From NCBI RefSeq assembly GCF_006345805.1, contig NW_021833571.1, positions 1 through 28,489 of the forward strand: a DNA stretch of 28,489 nt, read 5' to 3'. The DNA is from Octopus sinensis. Lineage: Eukaryota. The notes beneath the pieces were generated by a model. The model saw nothing but the letters and a program-made list of their open reading frames with translations, did no database searches and was not told where the DNA came from. The position numbers were made by a program, and so were the translations under genes. The stretch's first letter is position 1. Every line of letters begins with the position of its first letter. Shown one piece after another: positions 10,445 to 20,114 of the stretch.

Positions 10445-13400
10445 TTAACGATATGGATTATAACCGTAAATAGAATCTTGGGACAATGGTTCATAATTAT
10501 TACTATCTTGACTGGAACTTTTACCACGCTTATTATTACCAACACGCTGTCTCTAATAAATTACAGATTAAACAGAAACGTAATTTTGGTATGTACGCTC
10601 ATCATTCAAATTCATATATGGACTGTTCAGACTGTCACCGTGACCAAAATGCTGTGCATTAACTACAGGAGATTTTGTAACTGTTGTCAATGCTCTTTCC
10701 TGCATTGATCGAATGTTGTTATATGAAGGCGGAACATAATTTTCTATAATTAATTTTCAGCGCCTTTAACACCTTCCCGTAGATCAGACATGTAAGACAG
10801 TAAAGAAGGATCGTTCGAAAACATGGCAGTAGGGACCGGATATGTCATTCTGTAAGCCGTTGACTGACTCTGCGGAATACAAGAAAAATGATCTATCGGA
10901 GTGGTACATTCTTTAAATTTAAGAATAAAAGGGCAAATCTAACCTTTATCTGGTTCAAAAGAATTTGACAGCTTATAGATAAATAAAACAAAATAATTAC
11001 TCTATAAGAAGATTCGCGAAACTGGCAAGAAGACTCTTTCAAATTATTTAATGGGCCTTCAACTAAAACACCACATTCCTTAAAGTAGATAATAAGATCA
11101 TTCCATATAGAATTCTAAAAATTACTCAAAAAATAACACAAACTTTAGAAAGAACCCTGGCATTGCCAATAATAATAAGTCCATATCTAAAAAATTTCAT
11201 AAAAATTGACACTTGGCCCGTGTTAGTGCAACATTTAATCGGCGTTTATCTTCCAAAAATCCAATTCCTTGGTGTTCATTCGATCTCACACAAGACAATA
11301 TGATATAATCCTTTTCTCTTCCTTGAAAGGCGTCGACACTAGCAACCTCAACTTCCTGCAAAAAATTAGATAAAATATTCACTTGGTATAGCCGAGAATT
11401 AAGTTTACCAGAGAACTGCATATAGTGAACAATGAAAGCTCTTTGTCCCTCGTACGGAGTAATAATTCCAATTTGTTCGGGATGAGTCCCAGCACTTAGC
11501 ATTGTACTTACTACTTTCTCCACATTAGCAGCCTCAGTTCTAAATTCTTATCAAAATAATTTCTTTGCCTGTTTAAAAAGGAAGTTCCAGAACTTGCAAT
11601 CTCTTCTTGGCCACAAGTGAGATAAAAAAACATTGGAATGTCAGTTCTCGGCCATGGAAAATTAGAGGTAGGCAACACCCGATTGCCTAATCAATAAATA
11701 AATAGTATATAAACGAGCAGTAACTCCATTCTGTAGTGAACCCTCATAAAAAGAATTTGAAGGGAACGCAGACAGAGCAGGATGCATACGATACTGAACC
11801 AATAGTCGAATAGGACGAATATCAAGAAGAACTAAACGTTCAAAAAGAGATCGCGAAAATCCGGCCTTTGCAGCTTTTTTGGACATAACAACAGGACCCA
11901 ACTGAGAATGGTCTCCTACGAGAACGAGCTAGAAAATAATATCCATATAATAAAAACATGTCGACAGCCATGTACAATTGGCATCATACACTCGGCCTCT
12001 GTTGCTTGGGTGCTTTCATCAATAACGACAGATTTAAAACGAAATTTATTTAATCTAGGATCTCCAGCACCAACACAAGTACAACAAATAACTTGGGCGT
12101 ACTAAAACCAATAAACATGTCAGTAATTACAGATAAAAGTTCGCGCTCAGACTGACGTTTGAGTTGTCTATAACGATTTTCATCACTACTTGACAATTCA
12201 CCAGCTTCTTCCTTTAGGTTTATCAACTTTTGTAGCTCAGGTTTACTATGTAAAATCGATATTTTAATAATACTAACTTGGAAAGTTTTCTTAGTTGGTT
12301 ATGCAACGCTAAATGAATTACAGGAGATTCAATTGCTTCTCTACTTTTGGCACACAATCTCACAACCTATTCATTATCATAAAAGAATACTTTAAGTCCA
12401 GTTTTGTCTATTTTCTCTGTAAGTTGATCCACAGCAATATTAGAAGGTGCACAGACGAGAACCTGAGACTTAGTCTGCTCAGCAAGATGATAGACAATAC
12501 TAGCAGACGTGACAGTTTTTCCAGTACCAGGAGGACCCTAGATTAATATAATACTATTAATGACCTGAATAAGACTAAGTGGATGCTGAAGGACTGATTT
12601 CACAGCTGATATTTGAGAATGATTTAAATCTGGCAAATTTGGCGCAGAAAAACATTCTGGAAGTGGTGTTTTTATCAATACGTCACTTCTACGGTGACCC
12701 ATCAAATAGTCATAAATAATAGCAGATACTGACGTCTCATCGACTGCAAATAGTCTAAGAGCATACTGCATTCTAATTACGTAATCAGTAAATTGCAATA
12801 AACCTGTCATATGATGTTGATTTCCAGACGTAATCAACTGATAATCCATGAGTTGCTTCACACTTTATATCAGACACGTTCTTTATTTCAATACCAATCT
12901 CGTCGCTTTTGTCTAAAGTGAATAAATATTTTTTACTATCAGGAATCTTAATAACATGTCCAACTGTAGTCCACGAAGGTCTCACATCGCTATGATATGT
13001 CATACGTAACTCATCCCCGTGCATTATACGAATTTCTAGTTAAACGTCATAGAAAAATAAATTTTAATTCCTCGAAAAAACTAACCATCACTGGTCTTTG
13101 GTAAATGAAGATAAGCAATTCGTTTTTTATTCAACCCAATGTCCCACCGAATTGATACATTTTCATTCGTCTGTGATTCTCTCAATTTCTTATCATACTC
13201 AGACTCCAACTTTATAAGAGGTTTATAAACTGATTGATACTGATGTGAATCCTTGTATCTAAAATTATCAGAATAATAGCACCACCTAATTAAAACATGC
13301 TGTAAAACATCCTCATTTACAGGGTTATTAACCTCATCTAATGTGGCATATGGATTCTCCTTCCATCGTTCTTCCAAGTTGTTAATCTCTACCGGAGTGA

Positions 13401-14116
13401 TCTTCCTTGCCTTTATCTGAATTTCAGGATCAGGGACTTTTAACAGCCACGAAACAAACTGTCTATCTTCAATGATTGGCTTCCATTCGTTTAAATCCCT
13501 TAGAATCGCAACGAAATGTAATACCAATTTACGTCCTTGCTACTAACCTGGAAGGCACATGGCTGCCTACATACAATCATGACAGTATTGTCCTGTTTTC
13601 CAGGCAAATATCCGAGAGAAAATACGTTCTTTGATCCACAAACATAGCATTCAATTGTCATTGCTCCCAAATGACTGTTTTGGTGAAGAATTATCTCCTT
13701 TGTTTTTGCTCTCACCAAATGATTTATTATATGGCTTCCAGAAGTCAAACCGCGATCATTACAAAACCATTTCTGACTTTGTGTGCATAAAGCAACACTA
13801 TTTGGATCGTGAATTCCACAATATCTTACAAATTAATTAAGACTTTACGCGCAAGCATGAAGAGGTAATTTATTGAAATCACTACATTCGTCTCCAAAGT
13901 TCATAGAATTAAGGTTTTGAGACATTAAATCGTCAATCTAAATATTTTTAGTTAGGTAGAAATAGAATAAATGAATATGATGTATCTTACAATTTGATTA
14001 TCCCCATCATTTTGAGAATAAATAGAAAATTGACTGAGTCTTTCGTTTCCTAACTGAGAATGATATTGATAGTCATCGAAATAATCATCATCGACATATT
14101 TATAATTACGCGACAT
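10445..14116 (-). CDS. UPF1: Regulator of nonsense transcripts 1 (UPF1 SF1B RNA helicase), 22 exons, 1012 aa, copy 1
   Basis: CH domain [34 protein letters not shown]; GPPGTGKT; IDESTQA; GDHSQLGPV; QYRMHP; [11 protein letters not shown]; [11 protein letters not shown]; terminal LSQDS. Introns (+ coordinates): 13938-13990, 13825-13848, 13499-13524, 13259-13285, 13036-13085, 12913-12936, 12773-12803, 12538-12564, 12367-12390, 12246-12277, 12102-12130, 11929-11957, 11687-11714, 11540-11568, 11356-11382, 11187-11212, 11115-11143, 10972-11000, 10911-10943, 10744-10772, 10553-10579. They total 633 nt; 3672-633 = 3039 nt = 1013 codons with no internal stop. The first and last four introns lie in poorly conserved sequence and are less certain. 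Confidence 0.95.
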
Positions 14117-14204
14117 CACAACAAGGATACAGATTTGATAATAATTTTAATTTTTTTTTCAAATTAATTTAAAATAAATAATATGTCTCAAAATAACAAA
14201 TAAG

Positions 14205-14329
14205 CGGATATCCATCGCCATTCTCCGTGGCAACACGTATGCGGTACTTTCCGCAGGAGGGTGCGTGCTTTAGCCCCCCCAGAGTTTCCCCTCTGTACAT
14301 TCCTAACTTAATTTGTTCTCTATTAAAAA
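14205..14329 (+). mobile_element. 125-bp 5'-truncated CRE-clade retrocopy (3' tip) with target-site duplication
   Basis: Encodes RISIAILRGNTYAVLS...*, homologous to RISIAIVRDNTLTIC* at the end of the 955-3644 element; A-rich tail. Flanked by AACAAATAAG (14195-14204) and AACAAATAAAG (14330-14340). Confidence 0.8.
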
Positions 14330-14899
14330 AACAAATAAAGTATGTTATTTTCTAGTTACTGCCATAGAAGGAATTGAAATTGGCCTTATTTTTGCAATGA
14401 ATAAAGATAGTCTCCCTTATCCAATCATTATTTGCGCGAAAAATTTATGAACCAAATCCTCGTGTTTGTCTTCGAAAACGATTCGAAGAAAATCGCATCT
14501 TATAAGGACCAGGAAAGTTGTTAATTTCATACATTATTAAGTGTTCAGGTAAACATCACTTAAAGGCAAATGTCCAGTATTTGATAGCTGTCTTAGAATG
14601 AAAAAGTATTTTCAGGTTTGACAAAGTGTATTATTGGACCAGAGAAATTAGCCAAAAGTTTAGTTTTCTTTTCACAAGGAGCCATCTTCAACAAATAAGT
14701 TAATTTAAGCGAAGACAATTATTATTAAAAGCACGTTCACAGTATCAAAGAGTGTATATTAAATAAGGTCCCGTTTGTGCCACACGTTTCGAAATTCTAT
14801 TCAGAAAATATTTAATTGTATTTGGTTCTCGCGTTTGCTCACAGTCCTTCTAGGTCGTCTGCAGATTTGAATTTTCTTCCAATTCCATTAAGATCTTTG

Positions 14900-15680
14900 T
14901 TTAGAGGAACAGGGAAAGTGATTCTAGGTCTTCAACTAAACGAAAACTCCTCTCGCTAGTTGTACTGAGCTGCATAAACGCGAGAATTAACAAATATCTG
15001 GCCCCGAGTCGGAGCTGATTCAAGGCAGGAAAATCCACTGCGAACATTGTCTGGAAGAACAGATGGTGATGCGCAATCCAACAAAAATTCAAAAGAGCCA
15101 CAACCATCCTTGGAATTGACATGTCAAAAGCTTTTGATTGTGTCCGCCATGATTTACTCATCGACGTCCTACAGAGTTTCCTGACTGAGGACGAAGTCAG
15201 AATGATACGGGTACTGCTTGCCAGGACAGAATTATCGTTTTCTTCAAAGACATTTAACAATTGGTTCCTCATAATTAACACTTATAAAACCGAATTCACT
15301 GAAATCAAACGCATGGACACCAAAGTTGGTGAAACTTGGTGGAATGTAAAAAAACTCGGATCTCTGCTCAGAGACAGTGAAAACATTACACTTAAAAAGT
15401 TGCTGGCTACTACAGCACTGAGCAAAATACGCAAAAAATGGCTCCAAACCCGGCTATACCAATCGGCAACTCAGGTCAAGGCTTAATATCTTTATGAAAC
15501 CTGTTCTACTTTACAATTCCTCGACATGGGGAATCTGATACTGATCGAGGAGGGTGCCAGATGAGACGGTCGGGAATGCGCAAAGCCAAGCTCCACTAGC
15601 AGGGGAGGATTTTTATTATGGCCTGAAGAACGTGTCCAGAGAGCTTCCGAGAGTGGCATCATAGAGATACCAGAGATTAA
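14900..15680 (+). mobile_element. Decayed RTE-like RT copy with internal deletion of motifs B and C
   Basis: GKSTANIVW, GIDMSKAFD, EVRMIRVLL, then a jump straight to TFNNW...KTE...KKLGSLL; no QG or YADD. Confidence 0.8.
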
Positions 15681-16440
15681 GTAAGGAAGATAGAAGTTGA
15701 TGTAGTCCACAATTTCAGGGGACGGATTTCCTAAAATAATCATGACAAATGGTTTCACACACGTAGAGAACTCGAGTATGGATTTTCATAGTATTATTCA
15801 AAAATTATGAATTCTGGTTAGAGATAATAGGAAGGCTTTAGCGTAGGTCAAACAAGTTGATATATTTGACAATCATTATGGACCGTTTACTTGAAAAAAA
15901 TAAGTCGATTGGTTGGATACACATGGAGAACTAGCTTATTGATTTTCAGATTTTCTTCATCAGACTCAGTTCTCGAGACGAAAATTATGATTCCTAAAGT
16001 AGAGATGGTAGGAAGATTGTAGAGGAGGTCGAACAAGTTGAAATAGTTGACAATCACAAGGCACGGTTTTCCTAAAAAATTAAGTCGATTCGTTGCCCAC
16101 ACGTAGAAAATTCGCTTATTGATTTACAGATTCTATTAGTCAGACTCAAATCTGAAGACGATTATTAGGAATTCTCAGAGAGAGATAGAAGGAAGGTTTG
16201 TAAAAGAGGTCGGACAAAGTGATGTAGTCGACAATCACGGGGGACGGATTTCCTGAAATAATCATGTAGAATGGTTCTATACATGTAGAGAACTTGAGTA
16301 TGGATTTTCATAGTATGACTAAAATCGTAGGACAAAGATTATGAATCCTCGTTAGATACAATAGGAAGGTTGTATCGTAGGTTGAACAAGTTGAGGAGGT
16401 CGAACAAGTTAATTTAGTCGATAAACACGTGGACGTATTT
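15675..16440. repeat. Degenerate tandem repeat, period about 180 bp, about 4.3 copies
   Basis: TAAGTCGATT at 15901 and 16081; CAGACTCA at 15961 and 16141 (exactly 180 apart). GAGTATGGATTTTCATAGTAT and GGACGGATTTCCT recur at about 15720-15795 and 16243-16316. Confidence 0.8.
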
Positions 16441-16660
16441 CCTTCTGGCTGTGGTATGTCGTTCATCATGAGATTGAATAAAAGTGGAGATAGTGGAGAA
16501 CCCTGAGGGACCCCATTTGGTAATAGTCTCGATATGGAAGATCTGTTTCCACAGCAAGCCCTTCCCCGACGGCCGCTCAGGAAATTCCCAAGCCATAGTT
16601 TTAGATTCGTATCAATATTTGTGGAATAGATCTTTTCCGCAAATGCCCTGGGAGGTTCCC
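16440..16660 (-). mobile_element. RT fragment of a different non-LTR clade (Jockey/I/CR1-like), motif B region only
   Basis: WLGNFLSGR...NGVPQGSPLSPLLFNLMMNDIP; truncated before YADD. Confidence 0.75.
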
Positions 16661-16661
16661 C

Positions 16662-16971
16662 AGGCACGGACAGCTTAATTCCATAATAAAGCGTCTGCTC
16701 GAGGCAACCGGCATCCCGTGCCGGCTGGAGCCCTCTGGCCTTAACAGGGGCGATGGCAAGAGGCCGGACGGCGTCTCGCTCTTCCCGTTCAAGTGCGGCA
16801 AAGCGATCGTCTGGGACGCGACATGCTCTGACACTTTTGCGTCAACATGCCTTCTCGCGTCCGCGATCGAAGCTGGCACAGCGGCGAGGAGGGCAGAGAC
16901 CCGGAAGAAAGACAAGTACGCCTCGCTCGCCGACAGATTCCTCTTTGTGCCTATTTTAGTCGAAACATCAG
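16662..16971 (+). mobile_element. CRE-clade restriction-like endonuclease fragment
   Basis: ATG-less frame RHGQLNSIIKRLL...LEPSGL..GDGKRPDG...WDATCSDT...RAETRKKDKY...PILVETS, cut by the satellite. Confidence 0.85.
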
Positions 16972-19760
16972 CTTGAGATTATGTAATAAATTATGTAATA
17001 AATTGCGTAATATAATGCAATTTTGGGAGGTGCCAAGATGTGAAGATACGAGGAAACTTGAGATTCTGTAATAGATTGCGTAATAAATTGCGTAATATAT
17101 TATGCAATTTGTGGAAGTCTCTAGATTTATGTATATGAGGGTACTTGAGATTATGTAATAGATTGCGTAATAAATTGCGTAATATATTATGCAATTTTGG
17201 GATGTGCCAAGATGTGAAGATACGAGGGTATTTGAGATTATGTTATAGATTGCGTAATAAATTGCGTAATATATTATGCAATTTTGGGAGGTGCCAAGAT
17301 GTGAAGATACGAGGGTACTTGAGATTATGTAATAGATTGCGTAATAAATTGCGTAATATATTATGTAATTTGGAGAGGTCCCTTGATGTGAAGATACGAG
17401 GGTACTTGAGATTATGTTATAGATTGCGTAATAAATTGCGTAATATATTATGCAATTTTGGGAGGTGCCAAGATGTGAAGATACGAGGGTACTTGAGATT
17501 ATGTAATAGATTGCGTAATAAATTGCGTAATATATTATGTAATTTGGAGAGGTCCCTTGATGTGAAGATACGAGGGTACTTGAGATTATGTTATAGATTG
17601 CGTAATAAATTGCGTAATATATTATGCAATTTTGGGAGGTGCCAAGATGTGAAGATACGAGGGTACTTGAGATTATGTAATAGATTGCGTAATAAATTGC
17701 GTAATAAATTGCGTAATATATTATGCAATTTTGGGATGTGCCAAGATGTGAAGATACGAGGGTACTTGAGATTATGTAATAGATTGCGTCATATATTGCG
17801 TAATATATTATGCAATTTTGGGATGTGCCAAGATGTGAAGATACGAGGGTACTTGAGATTATGTAATAGATTGCGTAATAAATTGCGTAATATATTATGT
17901 AATTTGTGGAAGTCCCTTGATGTGAAGATACGAGGATACTTGAGATTATGTAATAGATTGCGTAATAAATTAGGTAATATATTATGCAATTTTGGGAGTT
18001 GCCAAGATGTGAAGATACGAGGGTACTTGAGATTATGTAATAGATTGCGTAATAAATTGCGTAATATATTATGCAATTTTGGGAGGTCCCTTGATGTGAA
18101 GATACGAGGGTACTTGAGATTATGTAATAGATTGCGTAATAAATTGCGTAATATATTATGCAATTTTGGGAGGTGCCAAGATGTGAAGATACGAATGTAC
18201 TTGAGATTATGTAATAGATTGCGTAATAAATTGCGTAATATATTATGCAATTTTGGGAGGTGCCAAGATGTGAAGATATGAGGATACTCGAGATTATTTA
18301 ATAGATAGCGTCATATATTGCGTAATATATTATGTAATTTGTGGAAGTCTCTAGATTTATGTATATGAGGGTACTTGAGATTATTAAATAAATTATGTAA
18401 TAAATTGCTTAATATAATGCTATATGCTAGGGGATTCCCAAAATTTAGTGATACGAGGGTACTTGAGATTATGTAAAGATTGCGTCATATATTGCGTAAT
18501 ATATTATGCAATGTGGAAGTCTCTAGATTTATGTATATGAGGGTACTTGAGATGTAATAGATTGCGTAATAAATTGCCTAATATATTATGCAATTTTGGG
18601 AGTGCCAAGATGTGAAGATACGAGGGTACTTGAGATTATGTAATAGATTGCGTAATAAATTGCGTAATATATTATGCAATTTTGGGATGTGCCAAGATGT
18701 GAAGATACGAGGGTACTTGAGATTATGTAATAGATTGCGTCATATATTGCGTAATATATTATGTAATTTGTGGAAGTTTCTAGAATTATGTATATGAGGG
18801 TACTTGAGATTATGTAATAAATTGCGTAATAAATTGCGTAATATATTATGCAATTTTGGGAGGTGCCAAGATGTGAAGATACGAGGGTACTTGAGATTAT
18901 GTAATAGATTGCGTAATAAATTGCGTAATATATTATGCAATTTTGGGAGGTGCCAAGATATGAAGATATGAGAAAACTTGAGATTATGTAATAGATTGCG
19001 TAATAAATTAGGTAATATATTATGTAATTTATAGAGGTACCTTGATGTGAAGATACGAGGATACTTGAGATTATGTAATAGATTGCATAATAAATTAGGT
19101 AATATATTATGCAATTTTGGGAGGTGCTAAGATGTGAAGATACGAGGGTACTTGAGATTATGTAATAGATTGCCTAATAAATTGCGTAATATATTATGCA
19201 ATTTTGGAAGGTGCCAAGATGTGAAGATATGAGGATACTTGAGATTCTGTAATAGATTGCTTCATATATTGCGTAATATATTATGTAATTTGTGGAAGTC
19301 TCTAGATTTAAGTATATGAGGGTACTTGAGATTATTAAATAAATTATGTAATAAATTGCGTAATATATAATGCTATTTGGGGAGTTCCCAAGATTTAGTG
19401 ATACGAGGGTACTTGAGATTATGTAAATTATGTAAAGATTGCGTCATATATTGCGTAATATATTATGCAATTTGTGGAAGTCTCTAGATTTATGTATATG
19501 AGGGTACTTGAGATTATGTAATAGATTGCGTAATAAATTCGGTAATATATTATGCAATTTGGGGAAGTCTCTAGATTTAAGTATATGAGGGTACTTGAGA
19601 TTATGTAATAGATTGCGTAATAAATTGCGTAATATATTATGCAATTTTGGGAGGTGCCAAGATGTGAAGATATGAGGATACTCGAGATTATTTAATAGAT
19701 AGCGTCATAAATTGCGTAATATATTATGTAATTTGTGAAAGTCTCTAGATTTATGTATAT
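16972..19760. repeat. 87-bp tandem satellite, about 32 units, with internal 12-bp subrepeats and several variant types
   Basis: Consensus CTTGAGATTATGTAATAGATTGCGTAATAAATTGCGTAATATATTATGCAATTTTGGGAGGTGCCAAGATGTGAAGATACGAGGGTA (87 nt). Confidence 0.97.
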
Positions 19761-20114
19761 GGCCTGATTCCAAATACTCCCTAATTTTTCGAGGGTGTCT
19801 CGAGTTAATTCAACTAAAACCATGATTAATGCTAATCTTTTCAACTTTTAGAAATTTTTATTAATAAGATTTTATTTTTTTATTATCAATATGTTTGCAA
19901 TGAAATGTTTGTAGGAAAAATATTTGTTTTGTATTTAGATAATTGACCTGACCGATCTGGCGCCCCGGCCGGTCTGGACGGTAGGACATTTTTTTGTTAG
20001 GTCATATTTATATTTATTAAATCATATATTTTTATTAATCTTTGTTTAAATTTTGACAATAACACGTTTTCACACGTTTTGGTAGTTGGCCGCTTAAATA
20101 TTATAGATTTTTAC

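Larger units (their letters stand above)
5806..14517 (+). repeat. Direct segmental repeat, copy 1 (about 8.7 kb; contains UPF1)
   Basis: Matches 19760-28489. Offset is 13954 at the start and 13970-13972 from about 7630 onward; the ORF track is duplicated accordingly. Confidence 0.97.

Noticed and set aside
11197-13748. UPF1-like ORF fragments read as separate genes or as a pseudogene
   Set aside because: Removing GT/GC-AG micro-introns yields one uninterrupted, full-length UPF1.
14204-14296. GC-rich foldable island resembling an snRNA (U11/U1-like stems, AATTTG) or the RNase P CR-I motif (GGAAACTCTGGG on the minus strand)
   Set aside because: No U1/U11 5' end and no matching CR-V. It is better explained as a CRE 3' tip: it translates to RISIAILRGN and has an A-tail and TSD. 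An Rfam cmscan would settle it.
14340-14900. Possible divergent host gene upstream of UPF1
   Set aside because: I could not build a consistent exon chain or recognise any motif on either strand.
17145-18281. 378-aa Arg/Leu/Asn/Cys repeat ORF, plus antisense LRNLL-type ORFs
   Set aside because: These follow from the 87 = 3x29 period. Common unit variants put stops in both frames (ATATGA on plus; TAA and TGA on minus), so there is no sign of coding constraint.
16972-19760. CRISPR array or telomeric repeat
   Set aside because: Units are contiguous with no unique spacers, there are no cas genes, the context is eukaryotic, and there is no short G-rich telomere motif.
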